A DNA stretch of 54,281 nt from an uncultured Candidatus Saccharibacteria bacterium (GTDB taxonomy: Bacteria > Patescibacteriota > Minisyncoccia > Ryanbacterales > HO2-45-13). A program made the position numbers and the translations under genes. The DNA is taken from positions 1 to 54,281 of the forward strand of contig CAYHBS010000001.1 of NCBI GenBank assembly GCA_964354975.1, given 5' to 3'. Position 1 is the first letter of the stretch, and each line of letters starts with the position of its first letter. The notes under the pieces were generated by a model, which did not search any database, was not told the DNA's origin, and was given only the letters and a program-made list of their open reading frames with translations. Of the stretch, positions 1 to 8,361 are shown piece after piece.

Positions 1-2
1 TG

Positions 3-332
3 ATTGAGCGTGGTATCTATACACCCGAGTTGTTAAATCGCTTCGACGCTATTGTGCTCTTTAACCCGCTTACAGCGCAGCATCTTACGCAGATTGCACA
101 CCTGATGTTGCAGAAACTCCAAGTCCGTATGCGCGAAAAAAATCTTGAGCTTGTGATTACTGACGACTTAGTAAACGCTGCGGTGAAATTTGGAACCGAT
201 AAACAATTCGGCGCGCGCCCAATGAACCGAGCAATTCAGGAGAAAATAGAGCAGGCGATCGCGGATAAACTGATACGTGGTGAAATCCGCGAGGGTTCAC
301 AGGTGATTATTGGACCAGAGGAGCTTGGATAA
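3..332 (+). CDS. Clp/Hsp100 AAA+ ATPase (ClpB/ClpC-like), C-terminal fragment; 5' part outside window
   Basis: Frame is open from the window start (IERGIYTPELLNRFDAIVLFNPL...). It carries the FGARPMNRAIQ sensor-2 motif of the ClpB D2-small domain. Confidence 0.85.
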   Translation: MERGIYTPELLNRFDAIVLFNPLTAQHLTQIAHLMLQKLQVRMREKNLELVITDDLVNAAVKFGTDKQFGARPMNRAIQEKIEQAIADKLIRGEIREGSQVIIGPEELG

Positions 333-411
333 TATAAAAACAAATTGTGCTTGTTAATTTAGAAAAAGCGTGCGCCCAGTAAGCACTTTTCGCGCATTTC
401 CGGCATTTCGC

Positions 412-440
412 GTGACAAATTTCACGGGATGTGGTACAGT
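412..440 (+). promoter_or_regulatory. Putative sigma70 promoter of the cold-shock gene, implying a ~90-nt 5' UTR
   Basis: GTGACA-17bp-TACAGT with an extended -10 TG. Long 5' UTRs are typical of csp genes. Confidence 0.5.
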
Positions 441-536
441 TATGCAATCATCTTTGGGCTGATCCAGAGGAGCAGGGATCGACCTTCAACTCCAGCACAT
501 TTGCATGATACATTACTCAACACTTGATTTTTCTCT

Positions 537-737
537 ATGGAAGAAGGAATTATCGCCCGTGTCACAGACAAGGGCTTTGGATTCATCAAGCGCGAAGGAA
601 AGGAAAAGGATCTCTTTTTCCACTCTAACGAGCTTGTCGGAGTTTCTTTTGAAGAACTCCGCGAAGGCGACAAAGTGACTTTTGAAGTTTCGGAAAGTGC
701 AAAGGGTCCGAACGCAACAAAGGTCAGCCGCGTCTAA
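537..737 (+). CDS. cspA: Cold-shock domain protein
   Basis: 66 aa with KGFGFI (RNP1), LFFH (RNP2) and KGPNATKV. Confidence 0.93.
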   Translation: MEEGIIARVTDKGFGFIKREGKEKDLFFHSNELVGVSFEELREGDKVTFEVSESAKGPNATKVSRV

Positions 738-752
738 TCGAAATTGTTTCCT

Positions 753-780
753 ACAACACCCCGCTTTGGCGGGGTGTTGT
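753..780 (+). terminator. Hairpin terminator after csp
   Basis: ACAACACCCCGC-TTTG-GCGGGGTGTTGT, a perfect 12-bp stem. Confidence 0.7.
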
Positions 781-844
781 TATATGTTGGGCGCCTCTCA
801 AAAGATCGAAAAGCGTGTTTTCTGGAAGTACAAAAAGATGATTC

Positions 845-873
845 TTGCCACCCGAAGCGTTGTGTCGTAATAT
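845..873 (+). promoter_or_regulatory. Putative sigma70 promoter of the DUF397 gene
   Basis: TTGCCA-17bp-TAATAT, followed by a GGAGGG SD before ATG 923. Confidence 0.55.
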
Positions 874-922
874 TTTAATATAGACTGGGATAGTCCTAGG
901 AGTCTGCCTGGAGGGTAGAAAA

Positions 923-1120
923 ATGAAGTCTGACGGTAAGTTCAGAAAATCGACTTTTTCGCGCATCATCACCTGGTGCGTCGAGGTTGCGCAGGACGGG
1001 GAAACAATTCGAGTCCGAGACTCGAAAAACAAAAACGGCGCAGTCCTCTTGTTCAACAAGAATGAGTGGGACGCATTTGTGAGAGGTGTCAAGGCTGGAG
1101 AGTTCGACCCTTCGAAGTGA
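923..1120 (+). CDS. DUF397-family small protein (BldB-like)
   Basis: FRKSTFS...CVEVA...VRDSKNKNGAVLLFNKNEWDAFVRGVKAGEF matches the DUF397 pattern (W/F-RKSS.S, CVEVA, VRDSK, W.AF...VK.GEF). Confidence 0.88.
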   Translation: MKSDGKFRKSTFSRIITWCVEVAQDGETIRVRDSKNKNGAVLLFNKNEWDAFVRGVKAGEFDPSK

Positions 1121-1134
1121 GAAGAAAGGAGTTT

Positions 1135-1161
1135 GCCAGTTCTCGAAAAACTGGCTTTTTT
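1135..1161 (+). terminator. Intrinsic terminator
   Basis: GCCAGTT...AACTGGC followed by T6. Confidence 0.65.
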
Positions 1162-1170
1162 ATTGGCGCT

Positions 1171-1719
1171 ATGTCTTATCGTAATTTTTTAATAGCGAAT
1201 ATGTTATTTGCTCTCGGTTCCGGGATTGCCGCACCGTACTGGGTTCTTCGTGTTAATGAAATCGTTGGTATTAAATATTTTGGTATTGCATTTGGTGTGT
1301 CCATTCTTTCGCAATCTATCGGTGCATTGTTCGTAGGTAAATATATAGTGCTTCGACTAAGAGCGGTGATACTCACACAGTTTTTATTTGCCTGTGTGAT
1401 ATTGTTACTTGCGACGGATCTTTCATTTACTGCAGTGATGGGCGTTGAAGTGGCCATTGGGATTCTTATGGCAGTGCAAATTGTGTGTACTCCGGTACTC
1501 ATTGCAGAAATGAGCGAAAAAGAACATCTTGGGAAACGATACGGATATTTTCACTCACTTGACGGTATAGCGATTGGTTTAGCAATGATGCTAGGTAGTA
1601 CTATTTCCGTGGCGTTTGGCGTAAATTCAATATTTATTATTGGTGCGGTGCTTACCCTAGGTTCCGCGCTACTGTTACTACTGTCTTCAATACAGAAAAA
1701 AAGCAGTATCATTTTATAA
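1171..1719 (+). CDS. MFS-like membrane protein, about half size (~182 aa, ~6 TM)
   Basis: About six hydrophobic segments and a LIAEMSEKEHLGKRYG loop typical of MFS halves. The start is set at ATG 1171 because the longer ORF overlaps DUF397 and its terminator. Confidence 0.6.
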   Translation: MSYRNFLIANMLFALGSGIAAPYWVLRVNEIVGIKYFGIAFGVSILSQSIGALFVGKYIVLRLRAVILTQFLFACVILLLATDLSFTAVMGVEVAIGILMAVQIVCTPVLIAEMSEKEHLGKRYGYFHSLDGIAIGLAMMLGSTISVAFGVNSIFIIGAVLTLGSALLLLLSSIQKKSSIIL

Positions 1720-1808
1720 TGTAGAAGTAGTATATCGGCTTGTGCTGCGATGATGTGTTGACTCCTACAGCCACTCTGCTATAAGGATGAGTAGATACAG
1801 GAGGGCAT

Positions 1809-2180
1809 ATGACTGTACTACACGTTGCGCTCACGCTTGTCGGAGCGTTTGTCCTTTACCCGCTTGTTCTTTACATTGCGCTTATAAGCATCGCACATCT
1901 CAAAGAGCGCCGCGAAGCAAAGGAGGACTTTGAAGATGTGTCTGATGCTGATACGGCTGCCAGGCTTGCTTTCATGCTCATTCCCCAAATCATCGAGCTA
2001 GGGAATTTGCCTGTGTATCCAAGATGTCCCACTTGTCGTGAAGAAATTCGACAAGTGCGTATATTTTGGAAAAACTCCAAGAGTGCAGACACAGGAGAAG
2101 CATGCGGAAAATTAGATCTCCAGTTCATTACATGCGGCGAGTGCAAGTCGGTAATCCCTGGTTCCTATCGCTTCGAGTAA
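1809..2180 (+). CDS. Hypothetical membrane-anchored protein with two CxxC pairs
   Basis: AGGAGG SD, N-terminal TM segment, CPTC...CGEC. Confidence 0.65.
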   Translation: MTVLHVALTLVGAFVLYPLVLYIALISIAHLKERREAKEDFEDVSDADTAARLAFMLIPQIIELGNLPVYPRCPTCREEIRQVRIFWKNSKSADTGEACGKLDLQFITCGECKSVIPGSYRFE

Positions 2181-2190
2181 GGAGAAAACA

Positions 2191-3175
2191 ATGGAACGTT
2201 TTGAAGTGAAAATGCTGCGTCCCGGAGCAACGCTTCCGCACGTCGCAACCGCCGGAGCCCATGGGTACGACGGGTGCGCTGCAGTAGCGCTTGATCGATT
2301 CACAAGAGAAGTGTCGGCTGAGTTGCCGTACACGATGCAACCGGGTGAAGTAACATTGTTTGGACTTGGGTGTGCGTTTCGCATTCCCCGTGGATACGAA
2401 ATTCAGATTCGACCTCGCAGTGGGCTTGCCACCAAACAACGCATTGAACTTGCGAACACCCCCCGGCACCGGAGACTCGGACTATCGCGGCGAGATTACC
2501 GCGGCGCTGGTGAATAAAAGCGACGTACCGTTTGAAGTGAAAAGGGGTGATCGCATTTGTCAGCTGGTGTTTGCGCGTGTTCTGCTACCAGTGTTGGAAG
2601 TCGTGGACGAGCTCCCGGTGACGGTGCGCGGCAAAGGAGGGTTTGGATCGACCGGACTTTCTCCGATTCTCACCGGAGCCACGTCGTCTGCAGAAGAACA
2701 ACGGCTCATGGACGAAATGTTTCTTCGCATGGCAGATGCCGCGAAGATCATGTCGCAGTGTAGTCGCGGAAAGACGCCAGAGTGTCCGCAGGGTACGAGA
2801 CGTTTTGGATGTGTGGTCGCCCGTGACGGTAATGTCATCGCGGTGGGATATAATGCGTTTCTTCCAGGACAGAGCGAATGTAGTCCTACTTCGTGCATCC
2901 GCGAAACACTCGGTGTACCCAGTGGAACGAGTCTAGAAGTTGGAGGATGCGGGCATGCAGAAAGTTTTGCCATCGCAAAACTCGCTCGGCAGAACGGAGG
3001 TGGAGAGGGATCAACATTCTACGTGACGGGAGAACCGTGCGTAAAATGCGCAAAGGATATCATTCTTGTCGGTGCGCGCGTCGTGGTGATGCCAGCGGGC
3101 ATGTATCCCACCAATGGTACCGAGATTCTTCGCCAAGCAGATCTGATCGTTCGGTACATCGAACTCGCACGCTAG
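2191..3175 (+). CDS. dUTPase + dCMP deaminase fusion, interrupted by a +1 frameshift in the C6 run at 2459-2464
   Basis: First frame has AHGYD and RPRSGLA (dUTPase motifs 1-2). Second frame has PGTGDSDYRGEI, GDRICQ, RGKGGFGSTG (motifs 3-5), then GYN, HAE and PCVKC (dCMP deaminase Zn motifs). Removing one C gives a single 327-aa ORF. Confidence 0.85.
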
Positions 3176-3180
3176 TAATA

Positions 3181-3215
3181 CGCCCAGTAGTCACCATGAC
3201 TGCTGGGCGCTTTTT
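3181..3215 (+). terminator. Intrinsic terminator
   Basis: CGCCCAGTAGTCA-CCA-TGACTGCTGGGCG followed by a T tract. Confidence 0.7.
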
Positions 3216-3294
3216 CGTCACTAGGAAATTTCGTAGCAACTGGGGGGATGTCAGTACATCGTCATATCTCACACATGTCTCCGTCTGATATGTT

Positions 3295-3762
3295 ATGAAA
3301 TATGTGAGTATTTTTGGTCTTATTATTATTGCGATGGTGGGTGCGATAGTGTATTACATGAGCACACCTCCCGTTGAAACAGCGGACTCTACTGTCTCGC
3401 GAGGCATGCCGGTTCCCGAAACAAATACTTTCGACACCGCGGTGACGGACACGTCGTCCTCGGCAGTCCCAACATCAGCAAACGGCGCACCGCCGGGATC
3501 GATACATAATCTTCCTGTGCCTGAAGCGGTTGCGGCCGTGCGCACACTTGCGGCAACACTCGCGGGAATCTCTGAAAACAAGGTCATCATCCTTACTGCA
3601 TATGAGAAAGAATGGTCGGACGGTTGTCTCGGGATTAGGAAAGTCAATGAGGGCTGTATCCAGGTGATCACGCCGGGGTATGAAGTGACGGTGTCTGTGA
3701 ACGGCGCGGAAGCGACCTATCACACCAACAAAACAGGAACGTCAATTAGAGCGGTGAGATAA
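3295..3762 (+). CDS. Hypothetical secreted or membrane-anchored protein
   Basis: N-terminal TM, S/T/P-rich linker and a compact domain with WSDGCLG...CIQVITPGY. Confidence 0.7.
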   Translation: MKYVSIFGLIIIAMVGAIVYYMSTPPVETADSTVSRGMPVPETNTFDTAVTDTSSSAVPTSANGAPPGSIHNLPVPEAVAAVRTLAATLAGISENKVIILTAYEKEWSDGCLGIRKVNEGCIQVITPGYEVTVSVNGAEATYHTNKTGTSIRAVR

Positions 3763-3852
3763 AATATTCACGGTATTAAAAAGCCCCGGTCGGGTTTTTT
3801 TAATTTACACGTTCGACAATACTTATAAAATCCGACACAATAGCAGTACACT

Positions 3853-4626
3853 ATGAATTTACTTGAAGCGCTCATGTTGAGCGTTGTTGAGGGGTTTACC
3901 GAATTTTTACCTATCTCATCGACTGCGCATCTACTTATTGCAGGGAAGTTACTTGGGATTGACGCGGACGTCGTAGCAAAAAGCTTTTATATTAGTATTC
4001 AGTGTGCCGCCATTGCATCGGTCGCGCTGCTTTATTTTTCACAATTTTTAAAATGGGAAACTATTTCTCGGCTGATTGTTGCATTTATTCCTACCGCCGT
4101 TGTGGGAGTCACACTATATTCCATTATTAAATCAGTATTTTTTGAGGAAATTGCAATTATTGCGTGGGCGTTGATTATTGGCGGTATTATTATGATTGTG
4201 TTTGAGCGTCAGTATGGTCGCAGGTCCTTTACAATCGAGCAGTCACCACCACAACCGATTACATACGCTCAAGCGTTCGGCATTGGCCTGATGCAGTCAA
4301 TCGCGGTCATTCCCGGAGTGTCACGCGCAGGGGCGACTATTATTGGTGGAATGGCAGTGGGAGTGCCGCGCAAACAAATAGTTGAGTTTTCCTTTTTGCT
4401 CGCGGTGCCAACGATGCTTGCGGCGACAATCTTAGATGGCGTAGAGACACTTGCATCATTCACGTGGTCAGATCTTCCGGTATTTGCGGTAGGATTTACC
4501 GGTGCGTTTTTGACTGCACTCGCAAGCATTACGTGGTTGTTGAAGTATATTCGATCACACACGTTTGCATTATTTGGGTACTATCGGATTGCGATTGGTA
4601 TTATCACATTACTTATTATTTCGTAG
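3853..4626 (+). CDS. uppP: Undecaprenyl-diphosphate phosphatase (BacA)
   Basis: EGFTEFLPISSTAHL and PGVSRAG motifs; polytopic membrane protein. Confidence 0.95.
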   Translation: MNLLEALMLSVVEGFTEFLPISSTAHLLIAGKLLGIDADVVAKSFYISIQCAAIASVALLYFSQFLKWETISRLIVAFIPTAVVGVTLYSIIKSVFFEEIAIIAWALIIGGIIMIVFERQYGRRSFTIEQSPPQPITYAQAFGIGLMQSIAVIPGVSRAGATIIGGMAVGVPRKQIVEFSFLLAVPTMLAATILDGVETLASFTWSDLPVFAVGFTGAFLTALASITWLLKYIRSHTFALFGYYRIAIGIITLLIIS

Positions 4627-4633
4627 ATATAGT

Positions 4634-5164
4634 ATGAAAAAACAAAATGCAATTATCATATTCATTATTCTCGTCGCTGTTGGTGCGCTGTGGTATGCTT
4701 TTCTTCGTACAAACAAGGTGGAAACGCCGTTTGTGGGGTACGTGGATGCCACCTACAATATTGAAGGGCGAGTAGTGACACTGATGAATGGGCAGTCGTC
4801 TATGGAAGCAGGTCCGGAATCTGCCGCGAGGATTGAAACGAAAATATTTGGCAATGAAGTGAGAGGAGATTTTGACAGTGACGGCGACGAGGATATTGCG
4901 TTTCTTCTCACGCAGAGCTCTGGAGGAAGTGGAACTTTTTTCTACGCTGTTGTGGCATTAAAGGAAGAGATGGGTTATCGCGGGACAAATGCGATACTGC
5001 TTGGCGATCGCATTGCTCCGCGAACTACGGAGTATCGTGACGGGGCTATTATCGTTAATTTCGCAGATCGCGCAGACGGTGAGCCAATTACTACCCGTCC
5101 CAGTATAGGGAAGTCACTCTACTTCAATATCGACGGCACGTCACTCCGCGAAATACAACGATAG
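4634..5164 (+). CDS. Hypothetical exported protein
   Basis: MKKQN plus a TM anchor; GDFDSDGDED (possible Ca-binding loop) and GGSGTFFY. Confidence 0.7.
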   Translation: MKKQNAIIIFIILVAVGALWYAFLRTNKVETPFVGYVDATYNIEGRVVTLMNGQSSMEAGPESAARIETKIFGNEVRGDFDSDGDEDIAFLLTQSSGGSGTFFYAVVALKEEMGYRGTNAILLGDRIAPRTTEYRDGAIIVNFADRADGEPITTRPSIGKSLYFNIDGTSLREIQR

Positions 5165-5243
5165 TGTGTGGTGAAGAGCAACTTTACAGTTTGCTGAAAA
5201 ACCGATACAGTGTCGGTGAAATCTGCACCGATGGGAGTGAGGA

Positions 5244-5486
5244 ATGAAAATACCAAAAAATCCGACCACGGAAAGAAAGTTCGAAAAGCTCGTAACGAAA
5301 TATCTTGAGCGTCACACGCGTTTCAACGGTAGCTCATACATACATGAGTGCGGAGAAAAGCTGAAGATTGCTGACTTGCGAGTCTGGGTGGTACTTTCCG
5401 ACGGGGAAGTGATTGAGCGGGGCACCATTCGCACCACACAGTGCCCGAAGTGTGATGAACGGTTGGTGCGCGGGGGGCATCTATAA
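5244..5486 (+). CDS. Small hypothetical protein, possibly Zn-binding; may extend to 5595 across a G6 run
   Basis: TTTACA-17-TACAGT promoter (5183-5211), GGGAG SD, HEC...CPKC. Confidence 0.55.
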   Translation: MKIPKNPTTERKFEKLVTKYLERHTRFNGSSYIHECGEKLKIADLRVWVVLSDGEVIERGTIRTTQCPKCDERLVRGGHL

Positions 5487-5601
5487 AACGCCACTTCGCA
5501 TCAAGGCGACCAAATCCCAACAACGAAACGCTCAACTTTCAAGAAATTCGCTCGCCGATCGACTTCCACGCGTAAATGGTTACGCAAATCTCTAGATCCA
5601 T

Positions 5602-5646
5602 AGCCCCCGATTCATCATCCGACAGACTGATATCCGGGGGCTTTTC
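5602..5646 (+). terminator. Intrinsic terminator
   Basis: AGCCCCCG...CGGGGGCT followed by TTT. Confidence 0.55.
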
Positions 5647-5851
5647 TATTCACATGATTCTTCTTTACGGTAATGAAAACTGATTTCCGTACTATAACGG
5701 ATACCGAGGTTGCCCAAGTTGGCTATGGGCTGAATAGTCGGCCGAGAATATAGCTTTGCCTGGCACACTGCGAGGTTGAATTCTCCTTACATGTGTTTGA
5801 CTGTTCGTTTATAATGCGTTACAAATCAATACATCCCAAGGAGGTAGTGCA

Positions 5852-6184
5852 ATGTCAATTTGGCTTTGGTTCGGTCTTTATACGCTAGTGCTTTCGACAG
5901 CTCTTTTTGTTCTTTGGTTCCATCGCTGGTGGAAGCGCGAAGTTGAGAAAGACCACGAGCGCATCAAACAAATGTTAGCGCGTTCCACTTATCCGGGCGA
6001 GGCGTACAAACAATGGGCGGCGAATTTCAACGCCGCGTTCAACGGAGAAGATTCGTGTGAATGCGCATCACTACGTCCAGAACGCATCCTTATGGAGTGT
6101 GCAAAAAGTCTGGAAACCACGTCACGTGATACAACATTCAACCCGGCAGACGCGGACACTCCCGGAAAGCGAACGCTGCATTAG
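5852..6184 (+). CDS. Hypothetical membrane-anchored protein
   Basis: Perfect AAGGAGGT SD, N-terminal TM and a downstream hairpin. Confidence 0.65.
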   Translation: MSIWLWFGLYTLVLSTALFVLWFHRWWKREVEKDHERIKQMLARSTYPGEAYKQWAANFNAAFNGEDSCECASLRPERILMECAKSLETTSRDTTFNPADADTPGKRTLH

Positions 6185-6215
6185 TACCGTAGTACCACAG
6201 TTAACAACATGCGAC

Positions 6216-6260
6216 ATGCCCCGTCCTGATACGCCAACTGGCCGATCAGGACGGGGCATT
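6216..6260 (+). terminator. Hairpin terminator
   Basis: ATGCCCCGTCCTGAT...ATCAGGACGGGGCAT, a 15-bp stem. Confidence 0.65.
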
Positions 6261-6297
6261 CTTATTTATGGGTGTTCCATATGATAAAATATAATGC

Positions 6298-6981
6298 GTG
6301 ACATATCTCATCGCACAATTTTTGCAACTTTCCTTACTTGCGCAAGCATTCATCATTATGGCGCTCTATGTTGGAGTTGCCGTGCTGATGGTCTGGTACG
6401 TAAAAAAATATAGAGGAGACCGCACAGCAGCAACGGTAGCGGTTGCGCTCGCCATGACGGCACTTGCGGGAGGATTTCTGTATGCGCTCGGTCATCCGCT
6501 CATTTGTAAATGTGGGTACGTGAAATTGTGGCATGGAGTGACCGTGAGTTCCGAAAACTCGCAACACATATCCGATTGGTACACGTTTTCTCATGTCATC
6601 CATGGATTTGTTTTCTACTGGCTACTCACGATATTTGCGCGTCGCATACCCGCATCGCGTCGACTACTTATCGCGATTATTATTGAGGCGGCGTGGGAAA
6701 TTTTTGAAAATACAGATTTTGTGATCAATAGATACCGTGAGGTAACGATTTCACTAGATTACTATGGAGATAGTGTACTCAACTCACTCTTTGATATTGG
6801 CGCGATGGTGCTTGGATTTTTTATGGCTCGCACGTGGCCGGTGTGGGTGATTATTGCTCTCGCAGTTGTAATGGAGATATACGTGGGCTATATGATTCGA
6901 GATAATCTGACGCTGAACATTATTATGCTCATCTATCCGCATCCAGCGATTCTTGATTGGCAAAGTGCCCCGACGTTATAA
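6298..6981 (+). CDS. DUF2585 (UPF0314) membrane protein
   Basis: ICKCGYVKLWHG...SENSQHISDWYTFSHVIHG, WEIFEN, YYGDSVLNS and RDNLTLNIIML are family signatures. Confidence 0.88.
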   Translation: MTYLIAQFLQLSLLAQAFIIMALYVGVAVLMVWYVKKYRGDRTAATVAVALAMTALAGGFLYALGHPLICKCGYVKLWHGVTVSSENSQHISDWYTFSHVIHGFVFYWLLTIFARRIPASRRLLIAIIIEAAWEIFENTDFVINRYREVTISLDYYGDSVLNSLFDIGAMVLGFFMARTWPVWVIIALAVVMEIYVGYMIRDNLTLNIIMLIYPHPAILDWQSAPTL

Positions 6982-6990
6982 TCTATGAAG

Positions 6991-7028
6991 CTCCGACGTT
7001 TTGTCGGAGAGCCGACTGAAACGTCGGG
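6991..7028. repeat. Two adjacent short CCGAC...GTCGG palindromes (REP-like)
   Basis: CTCCGACGTTTTGTCGGAG and CCGACTGAAACGTCGG. Confidence 0.55.
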
Positions 7029-7169
7029 AGAGGGCTGAAAATGTCTAATATCTAATAACTAATTACTGTTGGAACCCTTCGCCCGAACTATAGAACATGG
7101 TTCAACAGCGTTATTGCGAATTAATAAATTACTTAAAGTGATGTTGGCAAGGTATTGAACCATTACGCT

Positions 7170-7562
7170 TGAATTAGCACTCTAATTGCAACCTTTCACT
7201 TCTTTGAGAATACGTGTTTTGGACTTTTGAATTTGAGCCGCTTCCGCTCTCGGTCGTTGAGTCTGCGAACCACGTGTGCGAGTTCTTTCGGAGTGATCAA
7301 GTTGAAGTCATATGATTTTGGGAAATACTGACGAAGGAGTCCGTTGGTATTCTCGTTTGTCCCTCGCTCCCAGGCATGGTACGGATATGCGAAATATATG
7401 GTTCGTGCGATTTCGCTGAATGAGTGACCGGCCTTGAGCATACGCGAAATACAAGGCCAGTCGTCTCTTCCGATGTGTGTATGTGACATTCCCCCAGTGT
7501 GGCCATCCGGGCAGGGGTTGCAATTAGCCTGCAAACTAGGTTGCGGTTAGCGTGAGAATTCA
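7170..7562 (-). mobile_element. Internally deleted, non-autonomous IS30-family element (~393 bp)
   Basis: 25-bp imperfect terminal inverted repeats at 7170-7194 and 7538-7562 (20/25 match) enclose a transposase remnant. Confidence 0.8.
7196..7489 (-). pseudogene. IS30 transposase remnant: N-terminal HTH joined in frame to the C-terminal fragment
   Basis: MSHTHI...GHSFSEIARTI joins directly to YFAYPYHAWERGTNENTNGLLRQYFPK...LNDRERKRLKFKSP. Most of the DDE core is missing. Confidence 0.85.
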
Positions 7563-7626
7563 CCACGGAACACTTGACGACGCCCTGTGAACGTGCTATT
7601 TAGTTTGTAGAACAAAGGAGGTTTCC

Positions 7627-8205
7627 ATGCGACAGATTTTTATGAAAGGCACCAATATCCATCTTGGACTACTCGACGTCAGTGATGCAGAAGAATGTGC
7701 GACGTGGATGAATGATGAGGAGGTAACCCAATATCTGCAAACTCGGCTACCGATGTCGGTGGCGATGGAGCGGGAATGGATCGAACGCATACAAAAAAGT
7801 GGGCAAGATCACGTGTTTACCATTTTGCTCCAAGTCGGGAAAGACTGTATGCAACACATTGGAAACGCGGGCATTCATCGCGTCGATCGGATTCACCGTC
7901 ATGGTACTGCCGGTATCTTCATCGGCAGAAAAGACCTTTGGGGAAAGAAGTACGGCACGGAGGCAATGCATCTGTTGCTAAGGTTTTCGTTTCTAACCCT
8001 CGGACTTCATCGCGTTGGACTATCCGTGAATCTAACGAACAAACGGGCGATTCGATCGTATCTACGGTGCGGATATCGTCACGAAGGCGTACAGCGGCAG
8101 CATCTCTTCCTGCACGGTGAGTACATCGACAAACACACCATGGGCGTCCTCAGAGAAGAGTGGGAAGAATCGTACCAGAAATGGCATCTAAAATCCATTC
8201 CGTAA
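7627..8205 (+). CDS. GNAT acetyltransferase, RimJ/RimL family
   Basis: WMNDEEV, WGKKYGTEA, LGLHRV and NKRAIRSYLRCGYRHEG; AAGGAGGT SD. Confidence 0.88.
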   Translation: MRQIFMKGTNIHLGLLDVSDAEECATWMNDEEVTQYLQTRLPMSVAMEREWIERIQKSGQDHVFTILLQVGKDCMQHIGNAGIHRVDRIHRHGTAGIFIGRKDLWGKKYGTEAMHLLLRFSFLTLGLHRVGLSVNLTNKRAIRSYLRCGYRHEGVQRQHLFLHGEYIDKHTMGVLREEWEESYQKWHLKSIP

Positions 8206-8271
8206 CTTGATTGATCGGCCGTTTCCAAAGGGACACGGTCGATTTTTATTACACAGGAACCCCCACGAGGC

Positions 8272-8300
8272 TTGACAGAACATTAGAAACATGCTTTACT
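8272..8300 (+). promoter_or_regulatory. Putative sigma70 promoter
   Basis: TTGACA-17bp-TTTACT upstream of RlpA-like gene 1. Confidence 0.55.
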
Positions 8301-8361
8301 GTGTGCAGATATTGCTGGTCGCAGGGGTGCAAAAATACACCAGCAAAGAGTGGAGGTTGGG

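Noticed and set aside
2360-3175. ORF 2360..3175 as an independent gene
   Set aside because: Its first ~33 codons are out-of-frame dUTPase sequence; it is the 3' part of the frameshifted fusion.
5650-5790. Possible riboswitch or small RNA upstream of 5852
   Set aside because: Short hairpins (e.g. TCCGT-ACTATA-ACGGA) are present, but I could not match a known motif. An Rfam search would be needed.
7174-7182. CIRCE half-site TTAGCACTC
   Set aside because: There is no GAGTGCTAA partner 9 bp away, and it lies inside the IS30 inverted repeat.
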